From the NCBI RefSeq assembly GCF_026571515.1, contig NW_026859228.1:248001-312000 (forward strand): DNA of 64,000 nucleotides, written 5' to 3'. Each line of letters opens with the position of its first letter. Positions within the stretch are counted from its first letter, which is position 1. A program made the position numbers and the translations under genes. Shown here in pieces: positions 14,106-27,457 of the stretch. The notes beneath the pieces were generated by a model that ran no database searches, was not told where the DNA came from, and was given only the letters and a program-made list of their open reading frames with translations. Source of the DNA: Ruditapes philippinarum. Lineage: Eukaryota.

Positions 14106-16201
14106 TCATTACAAAGAAAGAAATATGTGGTCATCAATCTATGTATAAAATTGATAATTTCTTTAGTTTGTTTTCTTCATATACTTTATGGATATACTGA
14201 TATTTAATTGCACAGCTCAAGGGTTTAATGATCTGCAGAGAGTCACTGAGTTGAAGGAAACTGCCAAAATAACCTTAGAATATATATAATAATAACTCTA
14301 TAAGATATTTATGCTGTTGAACACTATAATTGCAAAATTAATTGGCCATTTCCTTATATGTCCCCCTTCGCTAGGTTTATATGCCGTGTCAGAGACTGTT
14401 CATTATGAAAATCTTCCAAAAACCTAAAAAGACAAGTCAGTTGTGTAATAATTGTGTAGATCTCGAATCAGAGCTACTCCATGTTATGCTCAAATGACCA
14501 ATGAGAGCCAAATAAATTGTGAAAAAGCCTGTCATTTTAACGTATGAAATGAATCATAAAAAGTTAAAATTTCTGTGCTCAAATACTGATATGGTTAGAA
14601 AAACAGAAAATATATGTTGTAATATGTTGAAAACTAGAAACAATGCTTTGTAATGTAAATCTACTTAATGTTTTGAATTATGTATATATGTTGAACTTTA
14701 TATTGTACAGTGTACGCTTTTACCTATTACTGAATGTTTTAATTTTGTATTAGAGTCTGAATTCTTCAATCAATCATTTAGGTTTTACTAACTTAGAAAT
14801 TCCTTGCTAATCCGTTTGCTAAAATTCCTTAGTGATAATACATAGTTTATGGTGCTTTTAACTCTTGTGCATCTTGTTCTGCTTTTTTCAAAATCATGTC
14901 TCATTTTATCTTTTCATCTATCACTTAACCCTAGTAATATCATACAGTGGCTGTCAAAATTAACAAGGAATGTCTTACCATTATTTTGAGGATTATACAT
15001 GTATGTAAGAACGAGACAGTCTGAACATAATACATATATATAAGCACAATGTAGTCTCTTACAATTCTACCCTAGCATGGATTTTTGCAAAGTATATACA
15101 TGTAAATAAATGTCATGTTATGAGGTGATGCATTGTGCTCTGGTGAGAGTTTAATAAAAATATAAATAAATACACTATTGTTTTAATGACCATGAATATG
15201 CCTTTTAAATTGTTCCTAGAGATGAAATAATCTCAAATTCCATGTTTCTCATGGACATACTTATTACTTAAATAAACCATCATCACCATTGTCACATTTG
15301 ACTTCCAGTTTTCATAAATCTAAGATTCTTGTCTCTTGTCAACTTTGTGTTAATAATCAATTGTTTGTACGGTGCTGATACATTTCCTTCCACAGGCAAT
15401 ATATAAGACATCTGCATTCTCTAGTTTTCTTGTGGAAGAAAATTTAGTGTATCATGGCCCTTGTGACCTCGAACATCAATCGATCATCAACCGACAACAC
15501 CCTTAGCAGATTAATCGATGAAGTTCCAACTACTCTTCTGAGTTATGATTCGTGGCCAATGTAAGGTTCCTTTTCATCTTATGCGGCATTAAATACATGT
15601 GTACACGTTCTATCACATTATGAATACGGGTACGATGAAGACAATAAGCTTACTTGAATTGAATGTTATAATGTTTTTCATCTTCACGGGACACTATGAC
15701 TGTAAAGCAACCTATTAATATTCCAGTAGTAAATACATACGGCATTCAAGAAAAAAGGTTCCTATCAAAAGGAAAAACTTTTCAATCATTTTGTTTATCC
15801 CTGTGTGTGAGTTAAGATTGAATGCTTCACAAAAAAGTCATTTTGTCATTACATAATCAATGTTCAAGAACAACATAAAATACAAGTGTGATTGTTAATC
15901 GATTTATTCCATAAATCTTCATGATACTATGTGATTGTAACTCTCTTGATAAAATTATTTTTGAGACAACTGGAATAAAGTCATGAATAATATGTTACGT
16001 AGAATCATTTTTAATATTGAAAATAAATAATATCACAGTTTTTCACTTTGTATTAATATGGTTTTGCATCACATCTATGTTAAGTCTTAAACATCCCATT
16101 GTTCATGTAGAATGACATAACATTCATCTTGAAAATAGAATGTTTGAAGTATCACAGTATTAGGTCAAGATGACGAAGGTCTTTTAAAATGTCATCAAAG
16201 G

Positions 16202-18281
16202 TTCAGGTTGAAGAGGTGGTCTATTGGTATCATTTCGAATTATTTCATCAAATACAAACTCCATTTTGTCTATATCATCTCCTACTATTGCATATGTCTG
16301 GGGGGGGGGGGAAAGAAAAACAAATAATTACATTTCATTTACAATGTTAACCATTTACAAATTGTAATTGTAAGTTGTAATTATCAGTCTATGTTTAAAT
16401 GATCAGCTGAGCTCATAGAGGCAAAAGATTATCCATGCAAAAGTTTTAATCTTTTTGTCTGGCACAATTAGACTGTATAAATGTTGATTGTTAAATGCAG
16501 GTGTCTAGCCACTAATAAAGTTGTTTGCTATAAGACCATATGATCTGTTTCACCTAAACCAAAAGAAACAAACTTAAAATTACCTGTGCAAAAGTTTTCT
16601 CCTTATATTTTCTGTCAATGATGTTTCCCTGTCCCCTAAACTACCCGCAGTTTTACCAAGGCTAGGTGGGCCTCTAGAGGCAGGAGTCGCACTTTGTTTA
16701 CCAGACTTCATATCTACTTTTGTAGACTGAAAAGAATGTATACTAAAAATGTTGATCTTTATACTTAATAAGAAATTTTTGATAAAAACAAATATTTTAT
16801 GAGAAATATACTTTGATTAATAGATGACATCAAAATCTGTCAACATGTACTTCGGCCTTTATTTTTTGTAATAATATGATAACAGCGGGGGACCGGACCT
16901 TTTTCCAAAACAACATTAAACTTAAGTTTGTAATTCATTCATTTGTGTAAATACAAGTAAAGAAATAATCTTTAAAATCTTGGATAGAAAAAATGTAATC
17001 TTTATACTACTAAAACTGAAAGAATTAGTTTTTGCCACCAGTATAAGTCGAGCAAATATGCACATCTGTGATTTCACACAAGACTCTATACTACTGACTG
17101 ATCAACTGTGAAAATTTTCTCTGAATATCCCCAAAAATTGACAAATGACAGTTCAAATATTGAAAGTAGTGCAGGTAATTTTTGTAAGAAATGCAGTACG
17201 CTAAATGTTAATAATACCTCTTTTGAAACTTTCCTCCTTTGTCTTTATCTTTAGCTGGTGTAGGAGATTTATTATCAGGTTTTTTGCGGCTTTTTCATCG
17301 CCTGTTCCACTCTTACGTCATTTACCATCACCTACAAAATAAACAAACTATATTTCTTAAACAATCATGTATCATAATTATGATTCTAATATTTCTTAAA
17401 CACATTGAAATATTTCCTTAAATCATATTCTTCTGCAAAATTCATAATTTAGGTCAATAACAGATAATGGTGATCAGTCTATAAAAACTACCACTTTTAT
17501 TGGTCAATTTTTAAATATTTTCTAGAACAACAACTAATCAGATGTTGAAGTTTTAGACTGGTCGCCAAATATCTGGAAAAAAAATGAAAATTTTACACAT
17601 TTACTAAATATAAAAAAAATAGATTTTTTCTAAATGATATAATAATGTTTACATTATTTTTGGTGACTATAATAATTATGTAATGGGACAAAATGTTTCA
17701 ATATATATTAAATAAAATAAATAATGATGATAAATGAGAAGGAATAAGTGAAATTCCTAAAATATGAGAACAATATCATGGAATATAAATAATGCTCTAG
17801 CTATTATTGTACAGGATCAAAATAATGGAGTAAAATATGAATACTTGAATGATATGGAACAGGTGTTTTTCTAATATACAAACATGTTAATATCACTTTT
17901 AAACAAAACACATGAACAAAATTACATAAAGTTAGCAAAGACAACTTCACATGTCTATAAAAAGTGTGTCTTACTTCTTGAAAATAATTTTTGTTCTTTG
18001 AAAATTTTTGGTTTTATTCCAATAAGTGAAGTAAATGCAATATGTAGAAAAAAAAGAAAACAAATGTTCGGCAGATTTAATTAGTAAAGAATTTTAAAAA
18101 GCCTTTTTATCACTTCAAACTAGCAACGTTTCTGCACACTTTGTGTGTTTGTGTGCATATGTGTCTCATCTACACATTGTTTTACTTAATGTACTATCTT
18201 TAGATAGTAATTTAGGGTTACTAGGAGGTTTTAAAGAGGTTCTAGATGCCCGCCATCTCTCACGAGATTCCTGTTTTGATT
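16202..18281 (-). pseudogene. Decayed MYCBPAP-like exon cassette (unit 1)
   Basis: Terminal exon 16202-16297 has TAA changed to GAA. Penultimate exon 16584-16726 has a 52-nt deletion. The Lys-rich exon at about 17218-17331 has a TGA and indels. The 96-nt exon 18186-18281 is open. Confidence 0.75.
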
Positions 18282-21200
18282 CTAACAAATAAAAATAATG
18301 TACCAAAATATTAAAAAATAATCAAAGCTAAGTAAGCTTCTTAATCTATGAAATATTCTTAAAATATAGTTGATATTCATATTTCTGAATATTGATATGA
18401 AATTATGTTTTCATGCTCAACTAACATTCAAATACACAACAGTACGTGTACAGTGTTTTTGTTTCTTTTCTCTTTTAGAAAGTCAAAATAATCATATCTG
18501 TGAAAAGTTAGTTGTCTGACAAAAATCTCTTCTCTGCATATGAAAATTTATCGTTTACAGATGTATAATTATTTACTATTTCAAATAAAACCCTCAACTA
18601 GTAGGGAGACCTTTATGTATTATGCAAAAACAAACAAATAAAAAAAACACTGCTATTTCTTAAACACTGAATAATCAAAAATATTCAAGCAGCATGCAGC
18701 ATAATGTGTGCAACAGGCATCATGCAAATGTTCTGTTTCCAGACAAAGCAGAAGGAAACATTTTAATGTCTTGTACAATTTTCATGATAGAAACAACTGC
18801 GGTTGTTCTTTACAAAGATTAACAACAAAAAACAACATAAAACCACAACAAAAGTATCTTTATTGCGAACATTCTAAAGTTAGATGAAACTTTTATATAC
18901 TTGTGTAAATGAGCAAGTTATCTTCACATAAGGATATAAGTTTCGGAACTTATCCACCATTCTTTCACAAAAGAGCATTTAATCAAAATGAATTTTGGGT
19001 AAAAAATAGTAACAGATCGTTTTATTTCTTACAAAAACTGTGATCAAAGGATTCTCAAATACATACTTTTATATATTCCATTTTTATATGTTGTGTACAA
19101 TGTTTTAAAATATGTGAATATATGTAATAGCTAGCTTACACAATATTGTCATTTTCCATACATTTCACATGACTCTAAAGATCCCAATAATTTTTAAAGT
19201 TGCTTTTGAGAAACAATATATCAAAATTGCAATTCAAACTAACACTGGCCATTTGACACATATTTGTTTATAGTTGCTCTGAAAAGTGAGCAGTTACATT
19301 CAAGAAAACTGATTGCGAAAAACAATAAACCCATTACCAGTTTATAAGGTTTCTAATTGTCTACAGCAGACATAAGGATTCTTGTTTGTAACAAAGGAAG
19401 TGACGATATCCTGAGACTGTTAAGCAGCTTAAAACATATGACATTTTGGACCAACGAGAGCAAATATTTATAACCTTTAAGCATACTGTGATATAGAACA
19501 TAAATTTATGCTATTTGCTAAATGGAAAAAGAAATATGATAGGCTAATATTACATAGGGATGTGTCGTCATTAATTTTTTTATCAACTGAGATATCGGTT
19601 ATAAAATAAGACGAGTCACACGAATAAAATAAGCTGATTCACACGATATGACATTGTAGCGACTGATTATCTTTATTTGCTGACATTATCCACATGCTTT
19701 ATTATTATCAATACTTTTATTGAAGACTAAATAAAATCTTTACCTCGACTGTCACAATTTCCTCACAGTTTTCATTACTTCTAAAATATATTATGCTACC
19801 CCAATTTTGTGTTTAGAATCAACGTTCAGAAAAGTGATTTCAAAGACTATTACATTCTTTTTCGTAGATTCTTTTTTATTTTACATGTCTATCTTGATAA
19901 GTTTCAAATATGTGGACAACATCGACATTATGTCGTAACGCATCTTAAATAGAAGCATGTCTAATAAAATAGATCTGACAGAGAGAGTTTTATTCTTAAG
20001 ATTTTGATCCCGTAAACTGATGAAAGGATGGAAATTATAGAAATGTTTAAAAAGACATTCAGCCTTTATTCAATTATAATATTGACCATGAACTTGTGTC
20101 ATGTTTATAAATATCTTCATGCACATGTTCGCTGGTTAGTTCTGTTGCAGAGAAGCTGTTCGAAAGACCTCTCAGAACTTCTAGATTTAGGTTACGCTTT
20201 TTATTACTTGGGGACCATACGCCGCTTTTCATGGAATGGCACTACTGTGTCACATTGAAGGTTCCATGATAACCGCCGTATGAACACATCTGCGGATGTT
20301 TCTAAATTCAAAATTTTACTATTTCATGTTTAAATGTTGAATTCTGCTTAAGCCGGTGCTAGGGGCGTGGACGGTAACTTGCACTTACCAGTACCGTCCA
20401 TGAACAGGCTCAATCAAAGCCTGCCAAATTTTACAATTTTATCGTGTTGGGCGTTCTTCAGGGATTCTGTTTTTCTCTATTTTATTTGGTAGAAACAAAT
20501 TCGGAAATGTGTACCATTTTGTCCCGTTTTTCGTGAAACCCGACCAAAAAAACGTATGCTTTCCGTGCAAAATGAGAATGAGGAATAAGTAAAAAGAGAA
20601 AGTTTTGGCTAAAGCGAATGAGGCAAAAGAGATCTTAGTTTAATCATTTGAGCACAAATAACTTTTGAAATGTACATTCAGTAAGGCAACTTTTCTCTCA
20701 TCATTGAACACACAACGTCTTCTGTTTAAAGAAACATGTACCATTGACATTGAATCAGTTACACCCAAAATCAATAAAGGTCCACAGTGAGCTACAGGCA
20801 AATTTTCTGTGAAGTTTGATCACTATAGATATTGCTGTTATCAAGTAGTTTTATGTCTTAACTCTCAACATTCTGTAACAGAAAGTAATTAGCCTTTGTC
20901 ACCTTTACAGTGCCGGGCCATTCTCTGTGTAGTCTAACCAGGCATTACGCTGTTGGTAGAACATTTCTTGTACTCTGCTTTTGAGGTCCCCTAAACTTTA
21001 AATGGACTGTTCAAAATTCAAAGCGAAGGAAATATTGTTAGTCAATGAGCAGGCTAATGGTTGAGGTCATATTTACCTGGAAGCTCAATCCTTTGAACTA
21101 AAATGCAAAATTGGACAACAACTAGCTATATTCTAGGTCGTTTGATTATTTTTATTGAATCTGTTCTTCAGTTATCTTACACATCTGTACGTTCTGAAAT

Positions 21201-22279
21201 GGCCATTGATTGGTTCCGTACTGGCCACAAAGAATCATTTAAAATATGCTCCTAAAAACACTAAAATTATTAGATAAAAATTAAGATATGAAATCATTTT
21301 AGCTGTAATTCTGAAACTAATTGGTTAACTCAATCTTAAAGTGAGTGACAATCTTAGATTGAAATAATATTGTATTTTGTTAAGAAAAGACATTATGAAT
21401 GCATGATTTATATCAACCTTACGTGAAAAATAATATTTACTTAACTATAACTTTATTTTTATGACTAGATTATCTTCAAACTAAAGGTACAACAACTTTT
21501 TAGACACGATCTTTAAAAGATAAAACTGGACCTTATATTAACTCATGAATTATCACCCGATGATGCCTCAAACTAGATTAAATCACGTGTGTTCAATAAA
21601 CAGAATCAAGCTTGCTTGATACTGCCTTATTATTTCTTCTCTATTAAGTTTAAGTAAAAAACAAATGAATTCACTGTTGAACAAGGGAGTGCAAAGTTAT
21701 ATTGGTATACCAGCGCTTGTCTGTCTTGATTATATTGCAGAGGATACAACTACAACATATTCTTTATTCTTTACGATAAATCCCCTTATATTACACCATA
21801 TCATATACCAAAGGCAAAATCTGTGAATAAGATTATTATTCTAGTAAAATCGTTCGTAATCAGTAAATTAGGTATTACCAGATGAGCCAAAATATTTCAA
21901 GAAATTCAATCTTTAGAAATATATATGAAGATCTTAAGAAAAGTAAAAATATTCAATATCTAATGAATTATTTAAATGTTATGTGCGATTGACAACAATC
22001 ACTGTAGTTCTACTGCGTTACTAACGCAGTAAGAGGCATGTATGTATATTTTGACCTCTGGATTGTGAGTGCCGTTTGCAATGTGCAAATTTCTTTCTTT
22101 GTTCGCTTCATGATATTTTAATTTTAAATGCATTTTCAAAATTTTCATGAAAATTAGCATCAATTAGGAGGTAGGCTTGCTTTAACATATGAAAAACCTT
22201 TAGAAACATATTATTATGTCAACATGAAAGTAAAAAGGGAATGCACTCTTATTGAAACATATCATACCAACCATATTTA

Positions 22280-22351
22280 CGTAAGAGTACATTCCCTTTT
22301 CACGTTCTTTTGAACTTCCGCGTTCCAAAGTCCAAATGTTTAGATTACAAG
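22280..22351 (+). promoter_or_regulatory. Putative non-coding first exon and promoter of TRIM-like copy 2 (donor GT at 22352)
   Basis: TTACAAG|GTRAG donor conserved upstream of copies 1, 2, 4 and 5 (GT at 7713, 22352, 44794, 56568), each preceded by an ETS-like ACTTCCG. It would pair with the AG acceptor just before each ATG. The exon start is a guess. Confidence 0.55.
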
Positions 22352-23753
22352 GTAAGCAAATTTAGAATATTAAATCTAATATTCACCTAAGAATAAAATC
22401 ATATTTCGTACGTATGCAAACAAAAGGGACTTTAGTACATAATGTATTTTTCGTCCTAAAAATAAAATAGTATATTTCAAGTTTTCACAACAATATCACA
22501 ACTTTTTGTTTTGTTTCAATTTTATTTTTCATTTTTCTAAATCATAAACATATCGTGGTAAAAATATAAGAAATTTTGTTAATTGTGATACATGTTTGTA
22601 AATATGCTTTATAAATATCAAACAAGTAACGTGACAATTAATGAATATTTTACTTACTTACGTACACTGATAATCTTATCAGGTGACTAAATATTTACCA
22701 AACGACCAGAGGGTAAACAAGATTTCTACCTTTATTTTTATTTTCTTGTGTAGGAAATAAAAAGCACACATGGTATCTTTGTTTGAAGGATAGTTACATG
22801 ATATGCTCTCTTTAATTAAAATATAAATAACCTTTCAAAATTAAACATTATGTGTGACAGTCTATATACTCTTCATTATTGTATTTTTAACCTTTACCTC
22901 TAGACAACCGGGATATCGTTACTTGAAGTCAGTACCTATCGATTTACGATTTGATCACTTAAAATATTGAGTTGACAATTTGTGCACCATATTTCTACAG
23001 TATCGACCCAATTTGTTTTGTCTTAAACTGATTGCATGCTACTGATTAAATATTATCTAATTGTTGTTATTTCTGAAAGTAAATACTTGTTGAAAACAAA
23101 TAGCACCCTTTACAATTTTTTTTTTTCATAAGAATTCATTTCAATAAAAATGATAGCAAATATCTCTCGGAAGACAGTGCCCAGGCCTTTCAAGCAGATA
23201 TTAATAGAAATAAATTGTATAAAATTTTATGTAAAAAATGACAAAGTTATTTATCTAATATGTATACTAATACGAAGAGTCTTAAAGTTATTACAAATAA
23301 ACCTGATTTTTCATATATGTGTATAGACAATTTTAATTAGTTAGTGTTAATTTCATCTTCAAATTATGCACGAACGGAAGTCGACATGGCTTTCTTTTGG
23401 GTGACCCCCAATTATTTTCTCTTACTTTAAGATCATGATAGATTAAAATGAATTCGATATGCGATTATATTCTGCTATATGTAACACTAGCATACGCCTT
23501 TAATTGAAATACAAGTAGAAAAACTAACATATAAAGTTTTAGAATTAAAGTATAAATTTATAATATTTTACTTATCAGGTCAAATATTTTAAAAGGGTAT
23601 TTCTGAAAATATGCCAGTAATTTGATTGCCCATCAGAAATTGATACTAGTGTTTTAAATGTAAATGGATCGGTCGAATTCCATGTAATTAACATCATAAT
23701 TGATATGATTTTGAAAAAAAAATTCTTCACATATCATATTTTTTCAGACAGGA

Positions 23754-25484
23754 ATGGAGGTTCCTGGTAAATTAGGTCTAGGAGATCTCAATGATGATGA
23801 CTCGAAATTAATATGTCTTCCATGTGACAGTGATGGTTTGAAGGAACATGCTTATGGCTTCTGCCAGGACTGCCAGGAGCATCTATGTGAAACATGCTAC
23901 AAACATCATAGACGCGCTCGTCCATTTAAAAACCATGTACTCATTGACAAAGAATCAATGCCAAAGACCCGGGTTAATGCACCTACAAAATCTGAGGATA
24001 CGGCCGACTTTTGCACGAAACACCAAGATAAACCATTAGAATTCTATTGTAGGGATCACACATCTGTGGCTTGTTATGTGTGCGTTACATTAGAACATAA
24101 ACAGTGTAAGGTGGACTATATTCCTGATGTTTCTGAAAACCTGTCTGATGAGATGACAGATATATTAGAACAAATGGAAACATTGATAACAAAATGTAAA
24201 TCGAACGTAGAATATGTTAGCAAAGCTGCGCAAAATCTAGACCAGAGTCATGCTAAAGTTGTTGAAGATATCAAAGCCTTCAGGAAAGAAATAAATGAAT
24301 GTTTGGACAGAATGGAAACCCAGATATTTAAAGAAGCTGACACAATTTTAAAAAGTGCAAAATGTAAACAGGAAACCGTATTAAATGCTTGCTTAGAGAT
24401 ACGTGAAGAACTTGAATGTTCACATTCGTTGTTAAGATCATTACAAGAACAGAACAAGCAAAATAAGCTTTTTATGGAGATTAAAAACGTCGGAAAACGT
24501 CTACCGATACTGACAGATAAGGAAAAGAACGTTTTGCATGCAAATACAGCAAATGATTGTGTTCAATTTACCCGCAACACAAGCATTATAGATTTTCTTA
24601 GGACTGACAAAAATTATTGGACATTGTCAACATTTGTACATCCATGCCCAGATAGAGCAATAGATTTACAATATATAGATACAATAGACGTGAAAATGAA
24701 ATCAGAGAAAGAGAAAAGTAACATTACTGGTATGGTAATGATTGCTCCTACAAAAATTGTTGTTTCCGATAACACTAACAAAAATATAAAACTGATTGAC
24801 ATTGAGAAAAAAGTAGTTGTGGCAGAGGTAAAAATGTTTTCAGGTCCCTCAGATGTTATAACTCTTCCAGACAAAAAGCTTGCTGTAGCTTTTTTCAATG
24901 AAATGTTTGTTCAGATAATGTCTTATTCTGACGCGAAACTGTCATTAGATCAACGTATAGATGTAAAAGAAAAGTGCAACGGTGTAGCTTATAGTCAGGA
25001 TAAATTGGTTGTCTCTTACAATAAATCAAAGAAAATAATCATTTTGAATCTTCAAGGAGAAATTCTCAATGTTCTTGGTTCTCCTGCTATATTCTATGGG
25101 CCTATCAGAGTTTTGTTCAGCAAGGATGAAACGTTTATATATGTATCAGATACAGATGGGAGTCAAAATAGTAAGGTTTTGAAAATGGATTGGAAAGGAA
25201 ATATTAAAACCGTTTTTGAAGAACAAACGTATAAATTTCCTTACGGTCAACAACAATTAGAAGATGAGACTATACTAGTGTGCTACAGAGGCAGTAACAC
25301 TATTCTGAGACTGTCAAGCAGCTTTAAGAAATGCGATATTATTGGACTAGAGAGAGCAAATATTTATTTTCCAAAAGCTGTAACATACTGCGACAAAGAA
25401 CAAAAACTGTACGTAAGTTGTTCATTAGAGAAAGAAGACTGGCGGGCTGATATTGTGAAAGTATTCCATGTTAAATGGATATAA
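23754..25484 (+). CDS. RING-less TRIM-like protein, 576 aa (B-box1, B-box2, coiled coil, NHL-like beta-propeller); copy 2 (subtype B)
   Basis: Intact ORF. B-box1 pattern CLPC..FCQDCQEHLCETCYKHH..H; B-box2 pattern CTKH..LEFYCRDH..ACYVCVTLEHKQC; helical middle region; propeller-type repeats (ITGMVMI..VVSDNTNKNIK, GPIRV..IYVSD, FPYG, FPKAV). Splice acceptor ttttttcag just before the ATG. Confidence 0.93.
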   Translation: MEVPGKLGLGDLNDDDSKLICLPCDSDGLKEHAYGFCQDCQEHLCETCYKHHRRARPFKNHVLIDKESMPKTRVNAPTKSEDTADFCTKHQDKPLEFYCRDHTSVACYVCVTLEHKQCKVDYIPDVSENLSDEMTDILEQMETLITKCKSNVEYVSKAAQNLDQSHAKVVEDIKAFRKEINECLDRMETQIFKEADTILKSAKCKQETVLNACLEIREELECSHSLLRSLQEQNKQNKLFMEIKNVGKRLPILTDKEKNVLHANTANDCVQFTRNTSIIDFLRTDKNYWTLSTFVHPCPDRAIDLQYIDTIDVKMKSEKEKSNITGMVMIAPTKIVVSDNTNKNIKLIDIEKKVVVAEVKMFSGPSDVITLPDKKLAVAFFNEMFVQIMSYSDAKLSLDQRIDVKEKCNGVAYSQDKLVVSYNKSKKIIILNLQGEILNVLGSPAIFYGPIRVLFSKDETFIYVSDTDGSQNSKVLKMDWKGNIKTVFEEQTYKFPYGQQQLEDETILVCYRGSNTILRLSSSFKKCDIIGLERANIYFPKAVTYCDKEQKLYVSCSLEKEDWRADIVKVFHVKWI

Positions 25485-25772
25485 ATATAACAAAGAAATA
25501 TGTCGTCATCAAAAAACTGACATTTTCTTTTCTTAGAAAACTGATACGTGATAAATAAGAGGAGTGTTCATACAGTAGGACCTTGCAGGACCAGATTATG
25601 TTAAGTAGGGAACAATAGCTTTCATGCATCAATTTGGCGAGTCATAGAGCAATGAGATTTTTACTTGGCTCGGGCCAGTACACTATAAATGTATCTGTAC
25701 TAGGTGAAATAGGGTAGAATCATTTTTGTTGGAAAACTTTTTGTAATCATTAAAGTTGTTGTTTAAATTATG

Positions 25773-25972
25773 GTTTGGTTTAAACATATTTATTGAAGCT
25801 CGATTGCAAAACAAGTTCTTGCAACTTATATTATTCACTTTCGAGTCCGCTTCCTGGAACCAACCAGTACTGGTGTCATATGAAGAAACATGGTCGTGAT
25901 CAGAGTAGGGCTCGAACCCATGATCTCTGTGTTGAGAGGCAAACATCTTAACCACTAGGCCACCGCTCCCCC
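25773..25972 (-). mobile_element. tRNA-derived SINE (probably Meta/MESC type) with 10-bp TSD ttaaattatg
   Basis: On the - strand: A-box TGGCCTAGTGG, B-box GGTTCGAGCC, core CCAGGAAGCGGACTCGA, tail AAACCAAAC. TSD at 25763-25772 and 25973-25982. Confidence 0.9.
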
Positions 25973-26113
25973 TTAAATTATGATGAATATAGTGTAAATA
26001 AATGTATATTTGCATGGGCTGTGGATAAAGGAAACACTAGATGTAGAAACTGGTTTCTCCACTTTGTGTTTACAATCTGAACAGTGCTCTGGTCTGAACA
26101 GTGCTGGTGTATT

Positions 26114-26771
26114 TGTTATGTATGCAACATATTACATGTATATAATTTATATCTGACCAGTTGGTATTTCCAATATTATCATTGTTCTATTTTTAGAACA
26201 TAAACTACATGTATGTACTAGAACTTTCTTAACTGTTGTAGAAAACTCATGCATTATAATTAGATAGAAATTTCCGGAATGATCTTTATTGTTGAAGTTG
26301 CTAGATTATGATTTATGTAGAAAATGGAAGACTATTCTAGAAACTTCTTAGCTTAATATAAATAGGAGACATTTTTTCTTTCGTATTACCTTTTAAGTCA
26401 TCAGTGATCTTTTAAGTCATCAGTTACCTTTTAAGACATCAATATATTTGGATTATTATTCAACTTGGAAATTAAGTGATTTATTGGAGCTTGGATTATT
26501 TTAAAATAGTTAAAATTATTCTTGTGGATTTTATTGTGGGAATTTATTCTAAAGTGTTCTTGGATTTAACTTGGATTTAACTGTGCTATTCAAAAAGGGA
26601 TCATTCCAGGATCAGACTAGACATTTGAATTTTACATTTATATTTGGACTTCAGGTATTTGTACACATAATTTGTTGTTTTAATTTTCTTTAATAATTTT
26701 TCTGTAATAAATTTGTTATTGTTACAAGTTTGTTGCTGGCTTTTCTTTCTCGTTACGCCTGGCTCGTAACA
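26114..26771 (+). mobile_element. Solo LTR, 658 bp, Gypsy-like 4-bp TSD
   Basis: Termini TGTTATG...CGTAACA; TSD tatt on both sides; internal TATAAATA (about 26357) and AATAAA (about 26706); empty site in unit 5 at about 60335-60350. Confidence 0.85.
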
Positions 26772-27361
26772 TATTATATTTCCACGGACAATATATCCAT
26801 TCTGCTTTCTCTAGTTTTCTTGTTAAAATAACTGTATGAAGACTCTTGTGACCTCAAATCTCAATGGCAACACCTTAAGCAGTTGAATCATTGAAGTTGC
26901 AACTGCTCTCTAGATGGGCTATGATGGGTGCTCAATCACACAAAAAAATGTCTTTTTGTCATCACATTTTTATGAAAACATAATCAATGTCCAAGAACAA
27001 CATAAAAGATATAAGTTTGATTCTTAATAAATTTTATTTCATAAATTATCATGAATATATATAATTGCCAACTTTTTCCATTCATAACTCCCTAGATAAA
27101 ATCACTTTTGAGACAACTGGACTCCAATTCAGTCATAAATTACATGCTTGTGTTACAATTATTTTTTTAAATAAATACATTGAAAATAAATAATATCACA
27201 GTTTTTCACTTTGTATTAATATGGTTATGCATTACATCTATGTTAAGTCTAAAACTTTTCATTGTTCATGTAGGACGACATAACTTCGTTTTGAAATTTA
27301 AAATGTTTGAAATATCACAGTCAGTTAAGATGATGAAGGTCTTTTAAAACGTCTTTAAGGG

Positions 27362-27457
27362 TTAAGGTTGAAGAGGTGGTCTATTGGTATCATTTCGAAT
27401 TATTTCATCAAATACAAACTCCATTTTATCTATAGCATCTCCCACTATTGCATATGT
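27362..27457 (-). CDS. MYCBPAP: MYCBPAP-like gene, terminal coding exon (cassette of unit 2): TYAIVGDAIDKMEFVFDEIIRNDTNRPPLQP*
   Basis: Polypyrimidine tract and AG acceptor at 27459-27458, phase 0, 96 nt to TAA. Joined to the preceding exon it reads EDPIIDRKYKEKIFAQTYAIVGDAIDKMEFVFDEI, which resembles the MYCBPAP C-terminal helix as I recall it (not database-checked). Confidence 0.65.
   Translation of the reverse strand, partial: TYAIVGDAIDKMEFVFDEIIRNDTNRPPLQP

Noticed and set aside
23741-23756. Retrogene origin of the intronless TRIM CDS
   Set aside because: No poly(A) remnant or TSD; a conserved acceptor before the ATG indicates a 5' UTR intron, and the copies arose by DNA-level duplication.
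23754-25484. Assigning a TRIM gene symbol (TRIM71, TRIM2/3, TRIM33, TRIM45)
   Set aside because: No RING or filamin domain is seen and the family looks lineage-expanded; orthology cannot be supported.
25890-25972. tRNA-like sequence with A and B boxes (also at about 35860, 51340 and 60120)
   Set aside because: It is the head of a SINE with core, tail and TSD; no intact cloverleaf is evident.
25683-26015. 110-aa minus-strand ORF (and 35761-35982)
   Set aside because: It is a translation through the SINE.
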